This document shows positions 36,490 through 45,866 of a stretch of DNA of 64,000 bases, one piece after another (positions within the stretch are counted from its first letter, which is position 1; each line of letters starts with the position of its first letter). The position numbers and the translations under genes were made by a program. Source of the stretch: a virus; the IMG/VR virus record IMGVR_UViG_3300014202_001529. The stretch is one strand, 5' to 3'. The notes beneath the pieces were generated by a model, which was given only the letters and a program-made list of their open reading frames with translations, was not told the origin of the DNA and ran no database searches.

Positions 36490-37253
36490 ATCGCTAATTC
36501 TTTTGGTTTCAAAATAGGAAACTCCCGTACCCTCAAATGCTCCGGCCACTCCTCCATGTCTCCGCCTTTTTTGTCCTTCATGCCCATGCGGTTGGCTATG
36601 TCGGAACCCAGCTGCTTCACAAAGCAGGGCACGCCGTAATGGCGGCATTCTTCCACGATCATTTCAATCAATTCAATTTCACATTTCCGGTATCGAAATT
36701 TGCCGGTTTTGTTGCCGCTCTCCCCGCCAACGATCACCCAGTCTACCACATTGGCGCTGAGATCAAGTGGCACCCAGGCCAACAGCGGTTCAATGCTCAC
36801 AAATTTTACTGCGGCATTGGTTTTCGACAACTCCCCTACCCTTTTTTCGTAGAGGTCGCTTGTTTCGGCAGATACGCCAAGCCAGATATTTGCCGGCGGG
36901 ATGGCGTCCTGGTATGGCCAGGCAACCGGGTAGCGCTCCGGACGCTTGGTAAGGATGAGGTATTCGTGCTGTGGCGTGCGCTCGATGATGTCGTAGGCAG
37001 CCGGGCGCCAGGCGTCGGCCTGTGCAATGAAGAAGTCACTCCAGGAACAGGTAAAGATGCGTTTAGGGCTTTTCCAGTGCAAAGGGCTGTTGAACGTTTT
37101 GTCGCTCGTTCGCCGTGGAATCCTCGGGTTTTTGCCCCATCGCTTCATGTCGCGAAACATGTAGCAATTCATGCAACCCGAAGACACCTTCTCGCACCCT
37201 TCCCAGGGGTTCCAGGTGTTGTCGGCCCATTGTATGTTGGTGTCTTTACCCAT
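36486..37253 (-). CDS. DUF5131 / phage Gp37-Gp68 radical-SAM-like protein
   Basis: IQWADNTWNPWEGCEKVSSGCMNCY, LTKRPER, FVSIEPLL, WVIVGGESG, FVKQLG. Confidence 0.9.
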   Translation of the reverse strand: MGKDTNIQWADNTWNPWEGCEKVSSGCMNCYMFRDMKRWGKNPRIPRRTSDKTFNSPLHWKSPKRIFTCSWSDFFIAQADAWRPAAYDIIERTPQHEYLILTKRPERYPVAWPYQDAIPPANIWLGVSAETSDLYEKRVGELSKTNAAVKFVSIEPLLAWVPLDLSANVVDWVIVGGESGNKTGKFRYRKCEIELIEMIVEECRHYGVPCFVKQLGSDIANRMGMKDKKGGDMEEWPEHLRVREFPILKPKELAI

Positions 37254-37286
37254 ATCCTGTGTTTTGATTGCAAATTTAAGTAAAAG

Positions 37287-37301
37287 TTGCGAAAAACGCA
37301 A
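37287..37301. promoter_or_regulatory. Operator palindrome TTGCGAAAAACGCAA
   Basis: 8 bp from a minus-strand TAAATTTG box (37271-37278). Confidence 0.8.
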
Positions 37302-37417
37302 TTTTTAGTTTAAATAAAATCAAAAGAAATGAATTTGCTGTGTCCCAGGGACGGCTGGCTGTGTCAGCCATTCGTCGTTCATCATGCGGGCTGACTGGTG
37401 AGAACTCATGCCGGTTT

Positions 37418-37678
37418 TCATTCTTTGTTGATCCAGAAGTGGTTCCACAGGCGATCGGCCTGGTTTATTTTTGTCCCGTTCTCGAATGTCAGCTCAACGT
37501 GATGGTAAGTCACATCTTTCACCTTCAGCTTTTTGTGCCAGAATGGCTTAGATAATTCACCAAGCATAACCCTCGCCTGCCAGTTGATGTACACAATGTC
37601 GCCGGGCTTGAAGTCTTTGTGGTCCCACAAGCCGGACTTTATTTGTTGGTTGATGATGAATAGTAGGATTTTTTTCAT
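37418..37678 (-). CDS. Hypothetical protein
   Basis: 86-aa ORF. Confidence 0.6.
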   Translation of the reverse strand: MKKILLFIINQQIKSGLWDHKDFKPGDIVYINWQARVMLGELSKPFWHKKLKVKDVTYHHVELTFENGTKINQADRLWNHFWINKE

Positions 37679-38190
37679 GGTTTTTTTTGGATAAAATCTC
37701 TGTAATATTTCATGCCGTCTACAAAATGATTAGGCGCAAAACCAACTTCATTGTATAAATCAGGCATGTTATCAATTGAAGCGATGTTTTCAAGTTCCTG
37801 GTCAGATGGAAATACCTGTTTTACGCGAGAACAAGCATAGTTATCAATATTTGTCACCGTGTTTTTAATTTCAATGCACCCTGGAAAGCCATCCGGAACG
37901 CGATGGATTGGGTTTTCAAATTGGGTCATATCGTTGTTGAAAACCAACCCCATGTATATCCCTAATTGGTATGTAATTGAACTCTCGTCTTTTTCCCTGC
38001 AAAAAAAGTAAAACCTTATCCATGATCCGTGCTCAGGAACTTTTGAATAAAAAATATAATAGTCCCGAACAAGGAAATAAAGAACCTTCATTTCCATTGT
38101 TTCAACTTTGTCATTTTTCAGCAGCAGGGTTAACTGCATTTTTTTAAAGCCGTCTGGTATTTTGTTCATAAATTTTTGTTTTACTTCCAT
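37675..38190 (-). CDS. Hypothetical protein
   Basis: 171-aa ORF. Confidence 0.65.
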   Translation of the reverse strand: MEVKQKFMNKIPDGFKKMQLTLLLKNDKVETMEMKVLYFLVRDYYIFYSKVPEHGSWIRFYFFCREKDESSITYQLGIYMGLVFNNDMTQFENPIHRVPDGFPGCIEIKNTVTNIDNYACSRVKQVFPSDQELENIASIDNMPDLYNEVGFAPNHFVDGMKYYRDFIQKKP

Positions 38191-38393
38191 TTCCCCTTTG
38201 ATGGGTAATAAACTGCTTCAAATTGAGCGCCGTCACAGCAGTTGCCGTAAATTACTTTACAGCGTTGGCCGCGATATGATACCCATCCAAACGTGAGTTT
38301 GCCAAGGCTGAATGATCGCTGCACGATTTCAATTTCCGCGCCTGAATCGTCGCCGTTAACCATTCGGACGGTGAATGTTTCGTACCTGGTCAT
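38181..38393 (-). CDS. Hypothetical protein
   Basis: Start MTRYE has an ATGA overlap. Confidence 0.55.
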   Translation of the reverse strand: MTRYETFTVRMVNGDDSGAEIEIVQRSFSLGKLTFGWVSYRGQRCKVIYGNCCDGAQFEAVYYPSKGKWK

Positions 38394-38632
38394 GGTTTTC
38401 CAATATACCCAGCGCACCGTTCCAAAGCGGCGGCTCGCTGGTGAGCAGGAACATACCGCAGCCATCCTTTTGGCTCGCGGTTGCATATTTTGCCCTTGCT
38501 CATGCGCCAGAGTTGAGCACCAACTTCGTTGAACACAAAATAGTTGCCTCCATGCAAGGCATAGCCGGGCTGGTTGTGCGAAAGGCATGGGCGCATGATG
38601 CGCTTTATGGTGTTTTTAGACGGGTTTCTCAT
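38390..38632 (-). CDS. Hypothetical protein
   Basis: 80-aa ORF. Confidence 0.55.
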   Translation of the reverse strand: MRNPSKNTIKRIMRPCLSHNQPGYALHGGNYFVFNEVGAQLWRMSKGKICNREPKGWLRYVPAHQRAAALERCAGYIGKP

Positions 38633-38897
38633 CTATGCTTGGTTTCTCTGGTTCAACCATGAATGAATGCCCCTCCCCTTTTGTACCGATGGTAATCATC
38701 GTATTCATCGGTGCAACGCGCGTTTTTATTTCAGTTGCTACGATGTTACATTCCTCTGCTGTATATAATTTGCTTTCCACAATTACTTTCTCTCCAAAAA
38801 GGATTTTTATACGATCCCAAAGGCTGAACCGCGTTGTGGTTGTGTGATGGACTACATCGAGGTAGTTGATTTCAGTGTTGTTGATTGTTTTTGTCAT
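38616..38897 (-). CDS. Hypothetical protein
   Basis: Start taken at MTKTIN. Confidence 0.6.
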   Translation of the reverse strand: MTKTINNTEINYLDVVHHTTTTRFSLWDRIKILFGEKVIVESKLYTAEECNIVATEIKTRVAPMNTMITIGTKGEGHSFMVEPEKPSIDEKPV

Positions 38898-38908
38898 TGT
38901 TGATTGAT

Positions 38909-39418
38909 TTAATACATTGTCCCGGCAATAATATCCGGATTGTGGTTTTCTTTCATCCAATCCTCAAAGGTTTGCTCTGGCGTTTGATCGTCTTCCCTGA
39001 TGATGTGCTCTGTCCACTTCTCACGCGGCAGCTCTGTAATTTCTTCGTCGCCTTCAAACTCAACCAAATCCATCCCGGTCACGGAACAGTAGGTTTGGAT
39101 CGCTTCAATGATTGTTCTTGCGGCAATCCATGTTTTTTCGCCATCGAAGGCGAGTTCAAAGATTTTTAGGTCGTTTATGCCTTTTACCGTTTTACTGGTA
39201 ATAAATACAATCCTATCCGATTGTAATTCGACTTTCAATCCTTGTTCTTTTGCTCTTTTTATTATTTCATCAAAAACATTTTTGAGTGGAATAGCACTTA
39301 TGTGCGGTGTGTTGATGTTGTCCACAAAAAAGCTGTTATCCATCATATCTGATGAAAATTCTTTTTGTGGAAATTCTGATATTTTACGTCCTGGCATGAT
39401 TTTTGAATTTTTATTCAC
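38909..39418 (-). CDS. Hypothetical protein
   Basis: 169-aa ORF. Confidence 0.65.
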   Translation of the reverse strand: MNKNSKIMPGRKISEFPQKEFSSDMMDNSFFVDNINTPHISAIPLKNVFDEIIKRAKEQGLKVELQSDRIVFITSKTVKGINDLKIFELAFDGEKTWIAARTIIEAIQTYCSVTGMDLVEFEGDEEITELPREKWTEHIIREDDQTPEQTFEDWMKENHNPDIIAGTMY

Positions 39419-39455
39419 CTTTTTATAATAGAGTTAATTGACAAGGATAGATTAG

Positions 39456-39692
39456 TTAGGTGTAATGCTGACGAAGGAACTCGACAATGGTTTTGCTATC
39501 AACTTGTTTAGCACCTGCCTTTATTGCCTTATCAATCATTAGACCTTTAACATCATAATGTGGCTGATGTTTGTTTCGTTTGTTTTGAAACCAGCATTTG
39601 TTTAACCCAATACTTTGAGCGAATGAATGAAGATTTGGTATAGTATCAGCCACTAAATGACACCAACCATTTTTCGGAAAATCAATAAGCAC
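39456..39692 (-). CDS. DUF4031-family protein (cassette ORF)
   Basis: WCHLVADT...LHSFAQSIGL...WFQ...PHYDV. GTG start 10 nt inside the core site; stop lies within the inverse core. Confidence 0.8.
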   Translation of the reverse strand: MLIDFPKNGWCHLVADTIPNLHSFAQSIGLNKCWFQNKRNKHQPHYDVKGLMIDKAIKAGAKQVDSKTIVEFLRQHYT

Positions 39693-39695
39693 TAC

Positions 39696-39827
39696 ACCTA
39701 ACACTGCATACCCGACAATGGGGGTTGACGTGCTATTTTCGGCATTTGTGCTATTATCAAAGTTCAGTTCTAAATTCATCGTTTGTGCTTTTAATTCCCC
39801 CACTGCGGGTATGCTTTTACGTTGGCT
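39696..39827. repeat. attC-like hairpin site B (132 bp)
   Basis: ACCTAAC-N3-GCATACCCGACAATGGGGG ... CCCCCACTGCGGGTATGC-N6-GTTGGCT, with one unpaired base in the stem. Confidence 0.75.
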
Positions 39828-39834
39828 GCAAGTG

Positions 39835-40188
39835 CTACCAGTGTTTATAAAACAATCTGAATAAGAACTTGTAAAGCCATTGTGGTTTTCTGTAATGGAA
39901 TGGTCTTTCACCTGTTTTTCTGTAAGGATAAGTCCAATGATAGCCTACCATCCACTCAAATTTTTTTTGCCTAAATAACCAATTAACTTTTTCTTTAAAA
40001 GATAGTTTGTATATCTGACAAAAACTTTCATCCCATTCATCTTTTTCTTCATTAAAATCTCCCTCCAAAGTTTGAAAATAGCAAACTTCTTTTTCATAAA
40101 TACATAAGCCTTGTAAGTGCAAATCATAGTGGTTGCTTATAAATTTGAATTTAGTTTGACTGTATGGTATTGTGTTTATTAATTTCAT
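39835..40188 (-). CDS. Hypothetical protein (cassette ORF between two attC-like sites)
   Basis: AT-rich 117 aa; stop is 6 nt before the inverse core. Confidence 0.7.
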   Translation of the reverse strand: MKLINTIPYSQTKFKFISNHYDLHLQGLCIYEKEVCYFQTLEGDFNEEKDEWDESFCQIYKLSFKEKVNWLFRQKKFEWMVGYHWTYPYRKTGERPFHYRKPQWLYKFLFRLFYKHW

Positions 40189-40221
40189 TTTGACATTTTT
40201 TTGTTATTAACCGCCCCTGAC

Positions 40222-40352
40222 AGCCAACATTGCATTGGCAAAAGCAGGGCTGACGTACTAATTTAAAACATTTGCAATCCTATTGAGCATCGGTAAGTAA
40301 TTGAACATTAGTGCTACTATCCCCTGCCTTCGCCAATGCTTCAACGTTATGC
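40222..40352. repeat. attC-like hairpin site A (131 bp)
   Basis: AGCCAAC-N3-GCATTGGCAAAAGCAGGG ... CCCTGCCTTCGCCAATGC-N6-GTTATGC; same geometry as site B. Confidence 0.75.
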
Positions 40353-40451
40353 GGAATGCGAAAGGGCGGCAACTTCAATATCGTGGTTTGTGAGCATTCG
40401 AGTAAATTCATGTAAAATTATTTTAAAATTGTGCGAATCGGCTAACTGGTG

Positions 40452-40670
40452 CTATGCAAAAAGAATAAGTTGCTCCCCAACAGCGGGGATTACTTCTAAT
40501 ATCTCCGGCTCTGGAATACCGTATTTTTCACCCGCAATGGTAACAGATGCTTTTGGCGGGTATCGTCCAACGCGATCCTCGCAGATGTCTTCTATTTCTG
40601 CTGTCACTTGCACCGTTTCTCCAAGTGCAAAGTCCTCATACAAAAACCGAATTTTCTGCCCCTTTTTCAT
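40452..40670 (-). CDS. Small hypothetical protein
   Basis: 72-aa ORF. Confidence 0.6.
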   Translation of the reverse strand: MKKGQKIRFLYEDFALGETVQVTAEIEDICEDRVGRYPPKASVTIAGEKYGIPEPEILEVIPAVGEQLILFA

Positions 40671-40730
40671 CTTTTAGGAATTAGTTTTAAGCACCTATAA
40701 ACAAGTTAGTCGCAATCAGAAAGATAATCC

Positions 40731-40952
40731 CTATGCAGGTAAACATTGATAGTCTGCTAACGCTTTGAAAACGTCGTAAGAAGATGTATTTAGACTAAGA
40801 TTTCGGTCCTTGCTTACTCTTATGACGTCATCCGCTTTTAAACGTCTTTTCCCTTCGGCGTTTTTAACTTTTTCTGATGAATCTTCGTATCGCCAGTCTC
40901 CGTATTTCGCTACATATATGTCGCCGTTCTTTATTGTCGCTGAAAATGTCAT
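40731..40952 (-). CDS. Small hypothetical protein flanked by TAAACAAGTTA direct repeats
   Basis: Repeats at 40698-40708 and 40991-41001. Confidence 0.55.
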   Translation of the reverse strand: MTFSATIKNGDIYVAKYGDWRYEDSSEKVKNAEGKRRLKADDVIRVSKDRNLSLNTSSYDVFKALADYQCLPA

Positions 40953-41006
40953 ATTTTTTGATTTAAAGATTAAAAAATAATATGCCAGCGTAAACAAGTT
41001 ACAACG

Positions 41007-41375
41007 CTACTTTACAAACTCCGATTCAAGCATTCCTTTGTCATGTTCAAGTCGATTCTGAAACATTTTTTGAAAGGTTTCCCAAATATCATCGGTGTAC
41101 GATATTTTAATAACGTTGCGCACTTCTGCGAACGTCTCAAAATCGGTATCTTGAATAAATATGCAGTTGGTGTTGTTCACTAAAATGTGTTCACCGCTTT
41201 TTAAGTCGCAACTAAAATAGGTTTCCTTAAAATAAGGATAGCCAAAGTATTTTACAAAAAAGCCGTTTTCAACACGAGCAATTTTCCATTCAAAATTATT
41301 TTCATCCAAACAGCTTATTTCTTCAATAGTCTGTTCAGGTGTTGGATACATTTCTGGTTTTAAACAAAAAATCAT
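41007..41375 (-). CDS. Hypothetical protein (AT-rich)
   Basis: 122-aa ORF. Confidence 0.6.
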   Translation of the reverse strand: MIFCLKPEMYPTPEQTIEEISCLDENNFEWKIARVENGFFVKYFGYPYFKETYFSCDLKSGEHILVNNTNCIFIQDTDFETFAEVRNVIKISYTDDIWETFQKMFQNRLEHDKGMLESEFVK

Positions 41376-41397
41376 TTCGTTTCAATTTAAATGCCGT

Positions 41398-42072
41398 TCA
41401 AAAAATAAACACCACTTCCTTAGCTTCAATAAATTCAACAGCTCCGTTGTTTTCATAAAACCATACAGGGTACTTATCATTGCTGTGCGGTATAACAGAT
41501 GTAGTCAACCCGAATTTATCATTTACAGTTACCGCTTTCATTGTTAAATTGCTAATGCAAAGTCTTTTTGATAAATCAAGATTCGGAGCTTTATCCACGG
41601 GGTAATAGGTACTCCCAATCAGCATGTGTACCCAATATTGCCCTTCTTTATACGTAATTTTAAAAACTCTTTTACCAGATACATCGCCGTATGCAATTAT
41701 ATCTCTTGCTGAGACATCGGCAGAATAAAAATGAATAATTTCTTTTTCAGGAATCCGTTGCATCAATTTATACACCTCAAAATCTTTTGAGATGTGGCCA
41801 ACAATCCCAAAAATATTATTTGCCATCCCTTTTTCAAGATGCTCAATGCACTTGCCATAAGGTTTAGACGTCAACGGATCACCATCGTACCAAAGCCCGC
41901 CAAAAAGATAGAACCCTGTTTGGTTTTTGTTGTTTTTTCTCATTTTTTCGCGATGTTCCATATCGCAATTTGAATGATGAATACAAACCCAATCACGAGT
42001 ATTGTCATTATTCAGGCGAATAATTGTACCGTTAGTGATTTTAAAAAAATCAAAATTGATTATTGCTTCCAT
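41398..42072 (-). CDS. Hypothetical protein (AT-rich)
   Basis: Start taken at MEAIINF. Confidence 0.65.
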   Translation of the reverse strand: MEAIINFDFFKITNGTIIRLNNDNTRDWVCIHHSNCDMEHREKMRKNNKNQTGFYLFGGLWYDGDPLTSKPYGKCIEHLEKGMANNIFGIVGHISKDFEVYKLMQRIPEKEIIHFYSADVSARDIIAYGDVSGKRVFKITYKEGQYWVHMLIGSTYYPVDKAPNLDLSKRLCISNLTMKAVTVNDKFGLTTSVIPHSNDKYPVWFYENNGAVEFIEAKEVVFIF

Positions 42073-42076
42073 CGTA

Positions 42077-42349
42077 TTAATTGGTGTAGTCTCCGACGTT
42101 AGGAAATCCAAGAAAAACATTTGATTGAGGTATATCAACATCAAAATTTGCCTTTGCAGATTTAATGGCATGGTCTGAAAAAATCAAATCAGAAACCCAA
42201 ATCTTTAGATTATAGCCATCAATGATTATATGCCCTATTTCTGGGTCTCCTTTAACTTTAAAAACAGCTTCTTGAAGGGAAAAAAGTTTCCCCCAGCCGC
42301 CCCAACTTTTGCCATCAAATGTCTTTGCTGAAATTTTATAATGCTCCAT
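42077..42349 (-). CDS. Hypothetical protein
   Basis: 90-aa ORF. Confidence 0.6.
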   Translation of the reverse strand: MEHYKISAKTFDGKSWGGWGKLFSLQEAVFKVKGDPEIGHIIIDGYNLKIWVSDLIFSDHAIKSAKANFDVDIPQSNVFLGFPNVGDYTN

Positions 42350-42367
42350 TTGTATTGTAATTAATTT

Positions 42368-43909
42368 TTAAAAAGGAATATCCTCATCATCATTCATCCG
42401 GCTTGGCCGCGTAATGATGTGCATTGCTGCCGGCGGTTTTGGCATTTCATCCTGCTGCTGCGGGTTCTCAACCACTTCTGCTTCCAGCATGCCGTTATAA
42501 TCGTCGAATTCGGTATACTGGCCTTTGAAGGTCAGCTTGGTTTTGTCCAAAGCTCCATCACGGTTTTTGGCCGTGTGAATTTCCACCACTCCAACCAGGG
42601 AATTGCCTTCTTCATCCTCCAATATGTGGTAATATTCAGGCCGGTAGATGAAATCCACGCGGTTTGCGTCCTGCTCCACACTTCCGCTCTCGCGAAGATC
42701 AGAAAGCTGCGGTATTTTGGCGCCGCCTCGCGTTTCTACTGCCCTCGACAGTTGTGCCAACGCTTCCACCGGCAAATCCAGTTCTTTTGCCGTGGCTTTC
42801 AAGCACCGGCTAATTTCCCCAACCACCTGCTCTCGAATCGGAGATGGGTTGGAAACCGTCATCAATTGCAGGTAGTCTACGTAGCAATACTCTATATCGT
42901 AGAGCATTTTCATCAACCTTGCCTTAATCCGGAATTCCGATATTGGCAATGATGGCGTGTCGTCAATATAGATCGGCAGTTGAGACAGCCGATCTATAGC
43001 TGCTAAATAATCAGACAGTCGGTAGCCCGGTCCCGAATCGCCATCCAGCCGGAATGCGCCGTTTTTGATGACCGCTAAGGGAATTTGCCCTTCTATTGAC
43101 GTTGCCCGGTCTATCAATTGCGCTTCCGTCATCTCCAGGGAAAATATGCCCACTGCCATACCCATTTTTGCTTGTCGCAGCGCTTTGGACAGCATAAACC
43201 CAGTTTTGCCCATGCCGGGTCGCCCGGCTGTGATGATGAGGTCGCCTTTTGCGGCACATCCGGTTCTCATGTCCAGGTCGCGAAAACCTGACGGCACACC
43301 GGTTGTGACCGGCTCGCCGTTATGGCGTTTCTGCGCCACTTCCATCACCGCCTTTGCCCTTTCCATCACAGCGCCGGAAAAGCTGGAGACCTCTTTGCCG
43401 TACAATCCACGCTGAATCTGTGCGATGGAGGTGGCGTACTCTTCCAGCATTTGTATCGGGTCTTCCACGTCCTCAAATGCTTTCCGGATGCCCACCGTGG
43501 ATACTTCGATCATTGCCCGGTTGATCCATTTTTGCAGGACAATGCGGGCATGGTATTCGATGTTGGCGGCAGATCCTACCCGATTGGTCAGTTCTGCCAG
43601 GTAGGCCGGGCCGCCAACTGCTTCCAGTTTGTCTGCTTTCCGCAATTCTTCCATCACGGTGAGCAGGTCCACCGGCAGTGTTTTGTCAAAAAGCGCTTTG
43701 ATAGCTCCAAAAATGGCTTTGTGGGCCTCGACATAGAAGTGTTCTGGTCGTAGAAAGCCTTCTATGATGCGATATGCTCCCTTGTCGAGCATCAACGCAC
43801 CAAGCACGGCTTCTTCCAGCGGCACGGCTTGTGGCTGCACCTTGCCGAACACGTAGTTGGAAAGGTGGGCTGCCTCCTGCGGTATCGGTTTATGCCTCTG
43901 CATTGTCAT
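42368..43909 (-). CDS. dnaB: Replicative DNA helicase DnaB
   Basis: PPQA-like PQAVPLEEAVLGALM, FYVEAHKAIF, AGRPGMGKT, FSLEM, YVDYLQLM, LAQLSRAVETR, SDLRESGSVEQDA, AKNRDG; C-tail DEDIPF. Confidence 0.97.
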   Translation of the reverse strand: MTMQRHKPIPQEAAHLSNYVFGKVQPQAVPLEEAVLGALMLDKGAYRIIEGFLRPEHFYVEAHKAIFGAIKALFDKTLPVDLLTVMEELRKADKLEAVGGPAYLAELTNRVGSAANIEYHARIVLQKWINRAMIEVSTVGIRKAFEDVEDPIQMLEEYATSIAQIQRGLYGKEVSSFSGAVMERAKAVMEVAQKRHNGEPVTTGVPSGFRDLDMRTGCAAKGDLIITAGRPGMGKTGFMLSKALRQAKMGMAVGIFSLEMTEAQLIDRATSIEGQIPLAVIKNGAFRLDGDSGPGYRLSDYLAAIDRLSQLPIYIDDTPSLPISEFRIKARLMKMLYDIEYCYVDYLQLMTVSNPSPIREQVVGEISRCLKATAKELDLPVEALAQLSRAVETRGGAKIPQLSDLRESGSVEQDANRVDFIYRPEYYHILEDEEGNSLVGVVEIHTAKNRDGALDKTKLTFKGQYTEFDDYNGMLEAEVVENPQQQDEMPKPPAAMHIITRPSRMNDDEDIPF

Positions 43910-44684
43910 CCTGCGCGCTTTTCACAATCATGTGGAAGATTGTTTCTTTGGTTTTGCCTACAAGCTGAATCCGCAACTGAGCGGCGGAAGGATCGCCGCT
44001 CCAGAAAATCCGCAGCGCACGGTAGTACGTAACTGCCCTGCTGAACGACACATATTGCGCAAGCGCATCCCAGCGCTCTTCTGCGGCATGGCGAGAATTC
44101 ACCAGGTCGCGAAGTGTTGTAACAAAACGTGATCGAACCTGCCCTTCCATCAGGGTTTCGGTTTTGCCTTCCTCCCACGCTATTTTTACTTTCCTAAACA
44201 TTGCCAGGGTTTCTGCGGAAATTGTGGTGTCTGCGGTGTCTGCGCCTGTGCCAGCGTAGTTTGCACCCTGCCTTTGTACATCGCGCTTCCAGGCGGCGCG
44301 TTGCTTAATTTCAGCTTCAGACAAAGGGTTGCCGAGTGCGTTTTGGCGTTTCGCCGAAGGCATTGCCCCCCCGTTGTCCGCCGGTTTTAGTTCGCGGATG
44401 TTATCCGGCTGTGGTCGTTGTGGCTGTGGTCGTTGTGGCTGTGGTCGTTGTGGCTGTTGTGGCTGTTGTGGCTCCTGCTTGGGGGCTGGATTTCGGTTTT
44501 GCATGCTGGCTTTTTTCAGGCGGATGGCTTCGTCTATACGGGCCAAGCCATTCTTGTACCATTGCATTTCCGAAGCGTCAACGCCCTGTTTTCCCATTGC
44601 GTTTATTACCGTCTGCCTATCTGCTTCCAACTCCGTTAAACTTTTATGCGGCTGCATACTGTAAAATAGTTTGTAGCGCGGCAA
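43890..44684 (-). CDS. Hypothetical protein with PQRPQ repeats (helicase-loader position)
   Basis: 264 aa, immediately upstream of dnaB. Confidence 0.65.
   Translation of the reverse strand: MPRYKLFYSMQPHKSLTELEADRQTVINAMGKQGVDASEMQWYKNGLARIDEAIRLKKASMQNRNPAPKQEPQQPQQPQRPQPQRPQPQRPQPDNIRELKPADNGGAMPSAKRQNALGNPLSEAEIKQRAAWKRDVQRQGANYAGTGADTADTTISAETLAMFRKVKIAWEEGKTETLMEGQVRSRFVTTLRDLVNSRHAAEERWDALAQYVSFSRAVTYYRALRIFWSGDPSAAQLRIQLVGKTKETIFHMIVKSAQDDNAEA
44405..44471. repeat. In-frame tandem repeat (15-bp x3 plus 9-bp units) encoding Pro/Gln/Arg
   Basis: (tgtggtcgttgtggc)n. Confidence 0.85.
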
Positions 44685-44829
44685 GGCGCTGGTTGATAGA
44701 TTGGTACTCCTCCCCTTCTGTGTATTGCAGCAGCACCTGAAGGGCTGCTATTCTGTATCTTATTTCGGCTGCTTCTGTGGCTTCGCTTTTCGGCTGTTCT
44801 GGCTGCTGTTCTGGTTCTGGCTCTGACAT
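44644..44829 (-). CDS. Small hypothetical protein
   Basis: 61 aa; internal repeat R(I/L)AALQxxLQY, similar to the helicase C-tail style. Confidence 0.5.
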   Translation of the reverse strand: MSEPEPEQQPEQPKSEATEAAEIRYRIAALQVLLQYTEGEEYQSINQRLAALQTILQYAAA

Positions 44830-44852
44830 TTTAGCCTCTGTGTCAGAGCCGT

Positions 44853-45839
44853 CTAAAAATCCTCTTCCTCGTCATTTCCTCCTTCTCCTTTCACGTAAGC
44901 GTCCACATCTTTGCCATTAACGACGCCGTCGCCGTTGATGTCCAATTCTTTGTTTTTGTGAAGAAAACTGATTACTAAGAATAGCCTGAACAGAACGCTG
45001 AGTGCTTTCGCACCTGCGCCGCTATAAAAGTACAGCTCGCTTAGGCTTGTTCGTTGTGTGTTGTTGTTTTCTGTTATTTTTTCGTTATCCGCTGTAACTC
45101 TTTGTGTTTCGGTAGATAAGACTTTATTGCTTTCTGCAAGTGCTGTTGTGTATTGCTGCATTACACTATGCAATTCCGTTCTTAGCTTCTTAGTAGCATC
45201 AGCTTTTATTCTTGCCAATTTTTTTGTACCCCATTCGTCCTTTTGCTTTTTTTTGGCAACAAGCGTAGGGTTTCGATCTTCAATAGATTGCTCGATGTTT
45301 CGTATTTCTGTTTCAATTCGTTTCACCTGCTCTCTAATCGGATTGGTAGACGCAGCAAGCGTAGAATTAAGTGTTGTAGCAAAGCTATCCACATCCACCG
45401 TTGGTGTGGTTTTTGCGGTATTGGCAAATGGATCTCTCATTGCCTGAACGCTGAACCAATCCCCAGCAAACAGTGCCGCCACAATAGCGGTAAGAAATAA
45501 CCACTTCACTACACCAAGCACATGAAAATATAATTTCTGTTTCTTTTTTGGGCAGCCAGGGTGCAGCCAGGCAAGCATCTGGAAGGCAACCTCTTGAAGC
45601 AGGTGCCTGAATGCATAATCTGTTATCCATCCGCTCAACCCTGCTGCGACCAAGCCAATTATAAATGCCAAAAAATATGGCGCTCCCATTTTTTCAGATA
45701 CATCCACCCCCAGTTTAAAGAATCCAATGCTCGTTACCACCATCGCCAAGGTGATTGCTATCTGCTCTGCGCGAAGAGCCATTCTGTCTACCTTTCGCGA
45801 ATCCTGCGAAGGATTAATAACGTTTTCGACTTGTGCCAT
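44853..45839 (-). CDS. Multi-TM coiled-coil membrane protein with C-terminal EF-hand/dockerin-like motif
   Basis: N-terminal TMs, long coiled coil, DINGDGVVNGKDV. Confidence 0.6.
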   Translation of the reverse strand: MAQVENVINPSQDSRKVDRMALRAEQIAITLAMVVTSIGFFKLGVDVSEKMGAPYFLAFIIGLVAAGLSGWITDYAFRHLLQEVAFQMLAWLHPGCPKKKQKLYFHVLGVVKWLFLTAIVAALFAGDWFSVQAMRDPFANTAKTTPTVDVDSFATTLNSTLAASTNPIREQVKRIETEIRNIEQSIEDRNPTLVAKKKQKDEWGTKKLARIKADATKKLRTELHSVMQQYTTALAESNKVLSTETQRVTADNEKITENNNTQRTSLSELYFYSGAGAKALSVLFRLFLVISFLHKNKELDINGDGVVNGKDVDAYVKGEGGNDEEEDF

Positions 45840-45866
45840 TTTTTTCCTTTGTTTTTACTTTGAAAA

